Source: Phyllobates terribilis
Taxonomy: Eukaryota
Length of the DNA: 64,000 bases
Reading direction: 5' to 3'
NCBI RefSeq assembly: GCF_046119375.1
Contig: NW_027362767.1
Span: 42,160,001-42,224,000, forward strand
Positions within the stretch are counted from its first letter, which is position 1. Each line of letters begins with the position of its first letter. Of this stretch, positions 44,297-56,964 are shown piece by piece. Position numbers and translations under genes: made by a program. Under the pieces are notes generated by a model, which was not told the origin of the DNA, made no database searches, and worked only from the letters and a program-made list of their open reading frames with translations.

Positions 44297-47200
44297 AGTG
44301 AATTTAGATTGTGAGCCCCAATGAGGACAGTAATGAGAATTTGTGTACAGCGCTGGGGAATATGTTGGTGCTATTTAAGCGAGCAAAATAAATAAATAAT
44401 ATGTTTAGGCCAAAGTCATAATCCCGTGGTGGTCTTCTACTTATAAGCCGCAATCACTGAGAATCCTGGCAATGGAAACAATACAGCCGCAGAGATCACT
44501 ATTATTGAACCATGAGTGGATTGTTATTCCTGGTTTGTCCTGCAGAGGCGCTGCAGGAAAACACGGCAGAGAGAAGAATGCAGCGGAGGGTATCTTCATT
44601 GCAACCATTGCAGCTGGGAGCCTTCATTACAACTCTGTGCTTCCCATAAAGGGGTTAACCTGGTATTACATGCTCTGGTATTATTTGGAGGGGGGATTGT
44701 GAATATATTTGACAGGTCATAAACCTGCGGATTGATGAGCCCCTGTTCTACCATTGCAGAAACATATAGAATTGTTTTTGGGAGCGGCTCTTATTCTGGT
44801 CGTTTGGTCGGTGCCCGCCTGGTGCCAGCCGTAATATCCGCTGTAATGGATGAATAGCGGTTTACAGTAATGTAACACTGGTGCTGATGACTTGTGCCAA
44901 GTTACAGCCTTTCAGTAGCATCTGCCAGTGAATTTCCCCGACTACTGTCCCTTGTAGGCTGCGAGCCATCCGGTGACTTCATGCTATTCCTGGATATTCT
45001 CCACAGGGAGCGACGACAAGGATGCCCTTTATTTGGATGACATAAGAAAGCTGGGTAGCCCTGTGGCCACCACTGCAGCACTTGTATCCCATTATTCCCA
45101 GCTCATTTCTTCCTATAAATTGTCGGAATTGTAAAGCTCTGCGGAATATGTTATATATTATTATTCCTATAATAGGAGAACAGGGAATAAGGAGACTTTC
45201 TTGTTATTCAGGAGTTTGGGAAAGTTGTACGTTGGAGTCTAGGTGACAACCATTACCCCAGCTAGGTACGTAACTATAATGGATGTAGGGGTTGCAGTTG
45301 TACTTGGGCCCTGGAGCCTAAAGGGACCAAAAGGTTTGGAGAAGATCAATACTGTAAAAAATCTGATAGTTGGGGGCTCTGTTGATTTTGCTTCAAGTTA
45401 CGCCATTCATTGTAATTACTTATTACCCAGCTTTCTCATGTGTCTGAATGGTAAGGCAGCCTAGTTATGCAGTGATACATCACCTATATTTAGATGCAAA
45501 GCGAGGCAGAGTACAGAGAATGTATCACTGCATTAGGCTGCCTTACTATGCAGGAGCCTGGGAAATCTGGGTAGTGATAGTAGCCCTAATGGTTGTCACC
45601 CAGATTTTGCATTGATTGGAGTCGATTGAAGTAATCTCATGTTTTCCAGCTTCTCGTGGGCGGGGCCTCTGCTGCATAGCCCCTCCCCTGAGGAGCTGGA
45701 ATCACAGTGCTCATTTTTCTCAAATTCCGGAATTTCTAGGCGCCATCTAAGTTATTACCCCCCCCCACCAGCTTCCCCTGGAACAGGTATCAAGAAATGT
45801 CAAACCAGTAAAAAACTGTGACTGTGATAGATGGCAGAAACAAAGGGAGAATTTCTGGAAACAGGCAAAGTCTAGCCGAGCCTCCTGGAAATAGACTGGA
45901 GACTGTGGTCTGGCCCGGGTACAGATATATCGCCGCTGGCTCTGACCCATGGCACAGCCGAGCGCAGGCTAAGCGTGAATATTGTATTACCTGGCCACAG
46001 AGGGGTTAACAGGAGGAGCAGAGTATAGAGGTCTATGTGCAGAGCAGCCACCACTAGAAGACAAGCAAGAGTAGAAGAAACTTGTAATTTTAGCAGGTTC
46101 AGTCGTGAAAATTGTTTTTTTTTTCCTTTTTTCATCCTACACTGAAATATACAGAATGAAGCAGGATGTGATGAAACCTAAGACGCGGCCTGGAATATTT
46201 TTGGAGTTGCTATAAGTAGCTGCTAAGCATAGTTATATTAATAGGACCAAGTATTAGTCAATGCCAGGAAGCTGCAGCCTAAGGCGGCCACTGTACTGAG
46301 GACTCTTGCCACTGTTTGGCCAGAAGGACTGTGGTCAGGGGGTGATGCCCAGAGGGTGAGTGACCCATGTGGGGGACAGAAATCTGATATACAGTGAACA
46401 CATGTACACAGGTCATATATATAATCTGTTATATTGTGTTAGGAGAGTACAGGGGTATAGTACCGACCTTCTGTATTGAGAGACAGTCACCTCCTAATGC
46501 CCTAACTCATATGGGCTTAATGAGGGTCTGTCCTGTCTGGAAACCAGGGCCGGGTTAGAGGATAACACTAAAAGGGGTTGTCTCATCATCATAGACAACC
46601 CCTTTAAATAGGACACTCCAGTAAAAAGTCAGTTTGATGGAGGAAATAGTGTATAGACCCCCCTCTGATATCTATATGCCTTAATGAGGCAAAAGGAAGT
46701 GGGAACAGCCCCTTTAACTGGTAGTACCGGTTTCAGTAACTGAATCGTATATTGTATAAATCACTTTATAAAGCAGTTTCTCACTAGTTTTCAAGAGCTC
46801 TGCTTGCTGTCATTTGTCCTGGTTGTGAGATGTTCACACAGAATAACTCTTACTGCCTTCAGCCTGCTATGAGCATCGCATGGCCATGATCACCCTGAAG
46901 CATGGTTTGTTACAGTGTATCAGGACAGATTTTCATCCTCTGGAAGTATTCGAGGAAGCTGACCATTTTTGCAGCAAGCTGAGATCTTGAACACTATAAA
47001 GAAGTGATACACAATCTGCAGATGTATGAGCAAGTGATGGCAGATCTCTGCCGTGTCCATCTGTATCATCCACGAGTGTGCACGTGGTCCCTGTACAGTC
47101 TATTTTGGGGGCAGTGGTAGCGGTCCGGGACGCCAGGGGTCATATATAACAAGGGCGCACAATTCATAGAAGTGGCCTATGAGAAGAGGGGGCCCAGATC

Positions 47201-47599
47201 AGGTTAATATAGCAATAGGGTTGATAATTGACCATAAATATAAGGGTCTCACCTGTGATGCCATGAACCACCAGTAAGTATACCTTTCTTAAAGGGGTTG
47301 TCCACTTTTATATAACTGACTGTGTAATAAAAAGTCTTGCAACCTCCTGTTATGCCTTGACTTAATTCTCCACCATTTTGAAGATCTCTCCCTGTTTTCA
47401 GTGAATGGAAACATTTATAACCTAACAAAAACCTGTCCTACCTTCACATCTGATGGTTTGCAACAATGTATCAGTGTTGGTAATTTGGATTTGTGATGTT
47501 GCTGATACTAGGACAGGACAAGTTGTCACCCGCTGGATGGAATGTTTTTTTTTCTTTCACTGACAGTAAGCAGAGATTTCTAAAATAGTGGTTGATTGC

Positions 47600-50500
47600 G
47601 ATACAAAGTGCATTAGACAGTGGCTCAGTGGTTAGCACTTTTGCTTTACTTGCACTGGCTCCTACTCCACCGAGTACGATGTTCTCGTGAGGTTATGGAA
47701 TGGGCTTTTGTGTATTCTTAAAACCATCAATCTATTGCTTTATCTAAAAAAGGATCATTTATAAATCTAAAAACAAGTAATTTTTTTCAATTGAAGTTAC
47801 TTGAACCTGCAGTGGTTTTATCACTTGTTCTCTATAGAATAATATTGCATTATATAGAAGAAACAGCCATTTCCTACCAAGGGCCGATAGTGGCTCGGTG
47901 GTTAAACCTGGTGTTTTGCATCACTAAGGTCCTGGGTTCACATCTCACCAGTTACAACATCTGAAAGTCTGTTCAGTTATTTCATTATATCGAAGAAACG
48001 ACCATCATCTAGCTAGAGCAGATTGTGGCTCAGTAGTTAGCACTATTGCTTTACCATATTGGCATTCTGGGTTCAAGTCCTCTGTTCATTAAAAGGGTCA
48101 TTTAAATTGCTAGAAAAAAATGTAATTGGCTTTTTTTTTATATAAACTAAATTAAAGCCCTTTGAGCAATGGTTTGATCGCCTGTTCTCTATAAAACGAT
48201 ATAGCTTGGTGGTTAGCATTGGTGCTTTACAACACTGATGTCTTGGGTTCATATCCCACCAATGGTGACATCTCTAAGGATGTTTTGTAGTTGTTTGGGT
48301 TTCCTCCCACATTCTGAAAACAGACCCGTAGGGGATGTGACCCCTGATGGGCGCTGTGATGTCTGTAAGGTGCTGTACAATCAATATGCTTATTTATTAT
48401 GCTTCATAAGAACAATCTCTCTTTGCAGACATTATTGCCCCATCAGGGCTCACATCCTATCAGTATGTCTTTGGGAGAGGAGCTGCTCATACTCTGCTCC
48501 ATTCATTGTTTATGGGACTGTCTGAGAACGCAGCGCTCCATTATTTCCAGACAGTCCCTTAGACAATGAATGCAGCAGAGGATAAGCACACGCAGCTCCG
48601 CTCCATTACCAACTGGGATGGATCCAGAACACGTGTGCACGAGCTCTGCAGACCGTGTCATGGAGTTTATTATGTGATGTTTTCTAGCACATGGAAGTGT
48701 CAGAAATGTCCCGCAGTGCCGGGGCCCTCGCCGGTCTCTTGTCTGAGAACACAGAGACTAAAAGACTTTCTTCCCCTCTCCACAGATGGGTATACAGCCT
48801 GCTGTTACTGATGGGTGTTGGGTGTTACCTTCCCATAGGTTAGCTCACAGCAGCACCGTAGCCTTGTTACTTTACATTGCTGGGGTCATTGGTTCAGCTC
48901 TGACCAAGAACAATGAGATTCCACCTCTCAGACAAAACGTAGAAAATTAAATCCGTGACCACAAAGGGAACCTGCTCATCCTTTTCATGACCTGTCTGTG
49001 GGTACCGGTAGGCATATAGATGACCTAGCCAGCAGGTTATTCTCGGGCAGCATGGTAGCTCAGTGGTTAGCTTCCTTACCTTTCAATGCTTGGGTCCTTA
49101 GTTCAACTCTAACTGAGGTCAATGAGATTCTACCTTTCAGGTGTACCTTAGGAATTGCAGTCAGTGACTGCACATGGAACCTGCTCTTCCTTTTAATGTC
49201 CTGCTGAGAGTCAGATTCATAACCTGACAATTGGTTGTCTTCTGTGCATCCTGGTGGCTCGGTGGTTGTTTCTGTTGTCTTGAAGCGCTGGGGTCTTTAC
49301 TTCAACTCTGACTAAGGTTTATGAGACTACACGGCTCAGACATGTCTTTGAAATCAGTGACTGAAAATGGAATCTGCTATAGTTTTTCCAGTCCCTTTCA
49401 TAAGTGCTGAAAGTCGTTGATGACTTAGCCAGAAGTTATCTCTCGAACAGCATGGTGGCTCAGTGGTTAGCACTGGTGCTTCACAGCTATTGGTGTTCTA
49501 GGTTCAAATCCCACCATGGATAGCATCTACAAGTAGGGGCCAGTGATGGTGGTATGTTACCTGTATCTTGTGCAGCATGTGGCTACTTGCTTGTCCATTT
49601 CATTGGGCAAGTGTCCTGATACAAGCAGTAGCCAATTATTAGTAAGCAATTTATTTGCTATATATAGTCAGCCCAGTTGCTAAAGATGGCAACTGAGCTG
49701 TGTAAGTCCTTTTTGGACTTAGTGAAAATTCTTCAAACATAAGTCCAAAAAGGACTTACACAGCTCAGTTGCCATCCTTAGCAACTGGGCTGACTATATA
49801 TAGCAAATCAATTGCTTACTAATAATTGGCTACTGCTTGTATCAGGACACTCACACAACAAGGACAGACACTACTCAGGATACTTGCCCAATGAAGAGGA
49901 CAGGCAAGCAGCCACATGCCTCCTGGATGCTGCACAGGGTCTTGATACAGGTAACACCATCATTTTCCACAGCACTTTCATGGCCCCTACCTGTATGTCT
50001 TTGGAGCATGGGTGGAGACCCACAAGCACAGGGAAAACATACCAACTCCTTGCAGATGTCATCCATGGTGGTCTGAGAACCCAGGACTCCCATACTACAA
50101 AGCACCAGAGCTAACCACTGAGCCACTGTGCTGCTCAAGAGATAACCTCTGGCAAAGTCATTGATATTACTACCAGCACCTATAGGAAGCGCAGGAAAAA
50201 TATAAATAGCTGGCCAACGCATCTAACCAATCAGTTCCAACAGAATTGACCATCACTTACAAAGGCTGTCATGGTGGATCAGTGGTTAGTACTGGTGCTT
50301 TACAGTAAGGAACACCTGGGTTCAAATTCCACCAACAGCAATGTGTTGCAAAAATGTTATGGGTTTGACTTGTGTTTTAAAATCTCTTAAAAATAAATGA
50401 CATTTTATTTTTAAGGTTCTTTGAATTGCAATGGTTTCATCTCTTGGTCTCCATCGCACAATATTGCATCATATAGACTAAATGGTAATCAAGTCAGGGC

Positions 50501-51000
50501 AGATAGTGGCTCAGTGGTTAGCACTAATCGTTAGCAAACACTGAGGTTCTGGGTTCAAATCCCACCAGTAACAATATCTGAAAGTAGAAGAAACAACAGT
50601 CATGTACTTAAAGCAGCATGGTGGCTCAGTGGTTAGCAGTAGTGCTATATAGCATGGGCTACCTGGGTTCAAATCCCTCAAAGAGCAATATCCTGCTAGG
50701 ATGTTAGGCTATCGGCTTGTGTATTTACATTTAAAAAAAAAAAAAGAAATCTTTTTAACGTGTCTTGATTTCTTGTTCTCCATAGTACAAGATGACATTA
50801 TATAGTAAGATGACAATCCCCTAATTAGGGCGGTGCGGTAGCTGGGTGGGGGGAAAGTGATGCCTGCAAGGAGTTTGTATGTTCTGCCCACGCTTGCTTG
50901 GGTTTTCCAGAGACTCCAGTTTCTTCCCACACTAAAAAAATATACAGGTCCAGATTGTGATCAGTTTATGTATGGTCGATATATAAGCTGCACAACAAAT
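47600..51000. repeat. Cluster of 12 degenerate tRNA-like SINE heads, with partial SINE bodies
   Basis: A-box-like motifs at 47621, 47891, 48026, 48202, 48859, 49056, 49255, 49456, 50275, 50507, 50622 (+) and 50115-25 (-). Most are followed ~45 nt later by GGTTCAA-type B boxes. Confidence 0.8.
49610..49851. repeat. Near-perfect foldback: 112-bp arms, 18-nt loop
   Basis: 49610-49721 is the reverse complement of 49740-49851 with 2 mismatches; loop gtgaaaattcttcaaaca. Confidence 0.95.
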
Positions 51001-51146
51001 ACATAACGCATCATAGAAGAAGGTTATCCATAAGCATATGAGTGGTGGGCTGTGCAACACATCTGGCACCTACATTACACCCATACTGTGCTTAAATAGA
51101 CCGTTTTCTGCTGACTTCAGAGAGGTGTGAGAGAACATGGATCAAA

Positions 51147-52434
51147 TCATGGTATATAGGGAGGCTACATCGGGGCTCATACAATATGTAGGAGGGTGTG
51201 TGTGGGCTCATAGTGTACATAGGAGGCTGTGTGTGGGCTCATAAGGTATATAGGAGGCTGTGTGTGGGCTCATACAATATATAGGAGGCTGTGTGTGGGC
51301 TCATAGTGTATATAGGAGGCTATGTGTGGGCTCATACGGTATATAGGAGGCTGTGTGTGGGCTCATACGGTATATAGGAGGCTGTGTGTGGGCTCATACA
51401 ATATATAGGAGGCTGTGTGTGGGCTCATAGTGTATATAGGAGGCTGTGTGTGGGCTCATAGTGTATATAGGAGGCTGTGTGTGGGCTCATAGTGTATATA
51501 GGAGGCTGTGTGTGGGCTCATACGGTATATAGGAGGCTGTGTGTGGGCTCATACGGTATATAGGAGGCTGTGTGTGGGCTCATACGGTATATAGGAGGCT
51601 ATGTGTGGGCTCATAGTGTATATAGGAGGCTATGTGTGGGCTCATAAGGTATATAGGAGGCTGTGTGTGGGCTCATACAATATATAGGAGGCTGTGTGTG
51701 GGCTCATACAATATATAGGAGGCTGTGTGTGGGCTCATAGTGTATATAGGAGGCTATGTGTGGGCTCATACGGTATATAGGAGGCTGTGTGTGGGCTCAT
51801 ACAATATATAGGAGGCTGTGTGTGGGCTCATAGTGTATATAGGAGGCTGTGTGTGGGCTCATACAATATATAGGAGGCTGTGTGTGGGCTCATACAATAT
51901 ATAGGAGGCTGTGTGTGGGCTCATACAATATATAGGAGGCTGTGTGTGGGCTCATACAATATATAGGAGGCTGTGTGTGGGCTCATAGTGTATATAGGAG
52001 GCTATGTGTGGGCTCATACGGTATATAGGAGGCTGTGTGTGGGCTCATACAATATATAGGAGGCTGTGTGTGGGCTCATAGTGTATATAGGAGGCTGTGT
52101 GTGGGCTCATAGTGTATATAGGAGGCTGTGTGTGGGCTCATAGTGTATATAGGAGGCTATGTGTGGGCTCATAGTGTACATAGGAGGCTGTGTGTGGGCT
52201 CATACGGTATATAGGAGGCTGTGTGTGGGCTCATAGTGTATATAGGAGGCTGTGTGTGGGCTCATACAATATGTAGGAGGGTGTGTGTGGGCTCATAGTG
52301 TATATAGGAGGCTGTGTGCGGGCTCATACGGTATATAGGAGGCTGTGTGTGGGCTCATACAATATGTAGGAGGGTGTGTGTGGGCTCATAGTGTACATAG
52401 GAGGCTGTGTGTGGGCTCATATGGTATATAGGGG
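51147..52434 (+). repeat. 31-bp minisatellite (gggctcatagtgtatataggaggctgtgtgt), ~41 copies, inside an hAT-MITE remnant ending ~52595
   Basis: Regular 31-bp period. Downstream AATTGCCCACTCCTG resembles an hAT-MITE right TIR. Confidence 0.93.
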
Positions 52435-53159
52435 GATGTCAGCATACTTAATTCTGTTCAATATTAAGGCATACAATTAATATAAAAAATTATAATTAAT
52501 ATTGGGCAGAATTAATTTTAGCCTATTGGTTCGGCCCTCCTCCACAGTCACGGTCTCTTACATAGCCCCTCTGGAAAATTAATTGCCCACTCCTGCTCTA
52601 AAGGAAATGTGAGCTGTTAGATGGATCATCACTACTCTTCTTATATACAATCTATCTAGGTATCATTAATATATATGTAAGTTAGTTAGTATATAAGAAG
52701 AGTAGTGATGATACATATCAGTAAAAACTAGCTAGATATAGAGATGGATAGATGGAAGTAAGTTAGTATATAAGATGAGTAGTACATATAGCTTACACTA
52801 TATTTGACTACGCAGTGTTACATTTCCTCCAAAGACATATAGAGTGTTACATGGACAGTGAGTTATTTTTTTCAATTTTGTAATTAATTAGTATATAAGA
52901 ACAGACCTTCACTCTTACACAGATGCATAAATAAAAGAATTCTCGCACCTTGTTTGGAGTGATGTTACATTTCCTCCAAAGACAGTAGAGGGCGCTATTA
53001 TATTAAGACCAGAAAAGTTGCAGACTGTGAGTCTTCTATGATACAAGTTATCAAACTGCGAAAACGTATACTCACTCTATGGTGAATAAAACTACATTTC
53101 CCAGAAATATCTGAATAACCTCCATTCATTAGTAAGTCTGTGTGCAGGAGTCCTTCTTA

Positions 53160-53373
53160 GGCCACGGCCCCACTATCAGTATTTTGTCAGTATTCGGTCA
53201 GTATTTTTTCTGAGGAGTGGGAGCCAAAACCTGGAGTGGGTGATAAATACAGAATTGGTGACTTGTTTCTATTATACCTTTTCTCTGATTGTTCCGCACC
53301 TGATTTTGTCTCCCACTCCTGAGATAAAATACTGACCGAATACTGACCGGATACTGATAGTGGGGCCGTGGCC
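53160..53373. mobile_element. Harbinger-type MITE (214 bp)
   Basis: TIR GGCCACGGCCCCACTATCAGTAT with its perfect complement; TTA TSD on both sides. Confidence 0.88.
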
Positions 53374-53509
53374 TTATAGTGAAAGAATCTTAATAGATGG
53401 ATCCAGCATGTGGCCCTCATCCATCCACAGACCGGTGTCTTGCCGAGATGGACCAGACAGGAGGCTTCTGCCCATCTTTGGACCTTTTGCAGCCACTCTT
53501 GGTACAGTG

Positions 53510-54551
53510 TGTAACGGGTCTGGGAGGCGGAACCTCTGAGCTACTATACAAGGGGGCGGTCCTTGTAAGGGAGCGGGTGGCGACCAGGCAGGCAGTCACA
53601 GCAGGTGACCGGGACAGTCTCTAGAAGAACAGGCAGGAGGTCACGGCAAGTGACCGGGGCAGTCTCTGGATGAACGGGCAGATGGTCACGGCAAGTGACC
53701 GGGGCAGTCTCTGGGTGAACGGGCAGATGGTCACGGCAAGTGACCGGGGCAGTCTCTGGGTGAACGGGCAGATGGTCACGGCAAGTGACCGGGGCAGTCT
53801 CTGGGTGAACGGGCAGATGGTCACGGCAAGTGACCGGGGCAGTCTCTGGGTAAAGGGTAGGTACGACCTGTGGCGGCTGATGGTAGACGTGAGCTCCCAG
53901 GTGAGCAGGCGAGAGTCTCTGGATAAACGGGTGGTCACAGCATGTGACGGCGGAGCCTCCAGGAAGACCAACAGACAGGCGGCAGATGAGCGCTCCCAGG
54001 TGAGCGGGCAGAAGTCTCTGGACAGGCAGGTGGTCACAGCACGTGACGGCGGAGCCTCCAGGTAGGCTAGCAGGCAGGTAGCAGATGTGCGCTCCCAGGT
54101 GAGCGGGCAAGCTGGTCCATAGACAGACTGACAAGAGTTGGAAGGCAGACCGTCGGACCTCAGGCAAGCAGGCAGGTAGCAGGATATCAGGCAGGAATTA
54201 GACAGCAGACTGGCAGGAATCTGGCAGGTATCTGGCAGGTAACTGGCAACGGGACCTGAGGGCTGAAGCAGAGTAGTGAACAGTGCTACAACATTGCTCG
54301 GGCACCTCCATTTTGGAGGAGGTGCCTTTTATATGGGAGGTCCTCCGGCAATTGGCCGGGGACTCCTTAGGACGGCGCGCGCGGTCCCTTTAAGAGAGAG
54401 GGAGCGCGCGCGCGCCCTAAGCACACTGCCGGGGAAGGAGCGCGTGCCGGAAGCAGCGGGGAGAGCAGCGCTGGAGGACGTTGCGCCAGGAGCGGGGAGG
54501 TGAGAGGGACGGCGTCTCTGCCTAGAACGGGGCAGAGACGCCGATGCTACA
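53510..54551 (-). mobile_element. Solo LTR (1042 bp)
   Basis: TGTAACG...TGCTACA ends, perfect 5-bp TSD CAGTG, minus-strand TATAAAAG, internal 45-bp tandem repeat (about 4-5 copies). Same family as 35169-36053. Confidence 0.87.
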
Positions 54552-54813
54552 CAGTGCTAACTTATGAACCTAATATTCTCACAGCTGAGGGTTTGTGACC
54601 ATTGTATCTGCAGTCCAGGTAGTTTAGCTGATAAGAGAATTGTTTAGGCTCAATACAATAAGAAACTAATCAGTGAGAAGTATTTGTTTTGCTTGGATTT
54701 TTATTCTCTGACTGTTTGAATTTATTGGCAAGAAGCGGAGATCTTGAATGGTGGCAGATGTATCCCGGCTATCAGACGCTCTCAGGACTATTGTGTTGTG
54801 GGAATGGAGGCTG

Positions 54814-55284
54814 GTTGTGCGACCTTGGGGTTGTGGGTCCTTGGGGTTGTGGGTCCTTGGGGTTGTGCGTCCTTGGGGTTGTGGGTCCTTGGGGTTGTGG
54901 GTCCTTGGGGTTGTGGGTCCTTGGGGTTGTGGGTCCTTGGTGTTATGCGACCTTGGGGTTGTGGGTCCTTGGGGTTGTGGGTCCTTGGGGTTGTGGGTCC
55001 TTGGGGTTATGCGACCTTGGGATTATGCGACCTTGGGGTTGTGGGTCCTTGGGGTTGTGGGTCCTTGGTGTTATGCGACCTTGGGGTTGTGGGTCCTTGG
55101 GGTTGTGGGTCCTTGGGGTTGTGGGTCCTTGGGGTTGTGGGTCCTTGGGGTTGTGGGTCCTTGGGGTTATGCGACCTTGAGGTTGTGGGTCCTTGGGGTT
55201 GTGGGTCCTTGGGGCTGTAGGTCCTTGGGGTTATGCGACCTTGGGGTTGTGGGTCCTTGGGGTTGTGGGTCCTTGGGGTTGTGT
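54814..55284 (+). repeat. 16-bp G-rich minisatellite (ccttggggttgtgggt / ccttggggttatgcga), ~29 copies
   Basis: Regular 16-bp period with two unit variants; ends ~53 nt upstream of the EVL exon 2 acceptor. Confidence 0.95.
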
Positions 55285-55311
55285 GTCGGGGGCATCATCC
55301 ACCATGGCTAA

Positions 55312-55518
<207 letters not shown>

Positions 55519-56554
55519 TGAAATTATTACTGTCTGATAAAAGAAGCATGGTTTTATTTTGTTGCGGTCACCACTAGGTGGCGCTTATGAGCTCAGTGAG
55601 AACTAAGTCCGCACAAAGCACAGCGCTGCCTCTAGTGGTGGCTGTAGGAAGCCAGAATCATTTATTAGCCTGATAACACCTCCAGGCTAAGGATTAAGCA
55701 ATATCTCTTTCTGGATAACATACATTTACCCTGGAGTAGCATTGTTGGACAATGAATGTTATCCGTGTGCAATGAAGATTTCTGCCACTTTCTAATCTAC
55801 AGAGAATTTCAGTTTTTGTGTTTTCGGTTTATAAACAAAGGAATTATTTGGGGATTTTTCAAAAACTGCAAAAGAGTAGGAAATAGCCATTACTTACACC
55901 ACTTTTAGGCGGGATTCACATATCTATATTTTGGGGTCCCAGTACAGACTGATGAATGGATCGGTTGCTGGTCACCTGACTTGCACTTTACATCCTCAGA
56001 CATATCTGAATCTGTTGATTTCGAGTCTGGAGAGCAGCAGGTCCAAGGAGACATTGGGACAGTGAAGCACTGATAAGGATGTTCTTTCCAGCAGTGCTGA
56101 CAAGCTGCGTGTCATATGACCACTTGCAGCCAATCACTAACCTCCTTAGAGGGATGCTTGATCCTGAGAGATTGGCTGCAAGCAGTTACATGGACGACGG
56201 CCACCAAGATAATGTCACTGAAGAATCCCAGGAGATATTTGAAATTATGAGGAATTTATACATAAACTATATTAGAAATTTGTAGAACTTTTCATCATAC
56301 GATATCTAAAGAGATTGTATAATAGTCAAAAAAAGTTATTTTTTCCATTGCAAATTTGCTTGTGGAAAATCTGTTGCGTTCCATAGTGCCAGCAGACAGA
56401 GCTGCAAAATATATCCACAGCCAAATATATCCATAGCATAAACTGACATAAAGGGGATCACATGCCAGTTTTATTCTCTGGATATAGGTGCTAATTTTAT
56501 CTTTTGTAATGCAAAGGGAGAAATGGGTGAAAAGTGCGGCTCCCCTCTCCCTAG

Positions 56555-56869
<315 letters not shown>

Positions 56870-56930
56870 TAAACTTCATTTAATCACCTACACGCCGACT
56901 TGTGCCACACTGGTATCCATACTGCTATAC

Positions 56931-56964
<34 letters not shown>

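Noticed and set aside
43305-50700. tRNA genes
   Set aside because: A and B boxes are present, but there is no acceptor stem pairing or consistent anticodon arm. The downstream sequence is SINE body or spacer.
53544-54167. 207-aa ORF with ETAPVTCRDHLPVHP repeats
   Set aside because: It lies wholly inside a TSD-bounded solo LTR and derives from its 45-bp internal tandem repeat.
54689-55311. Three long overlapping ORFs (163-187 aa, LGVVGPWGCGSLGLWV repeats)
   Set aside because: All three frames are open because the 16-bp G-rich unit lacks stops; this is not a protein.
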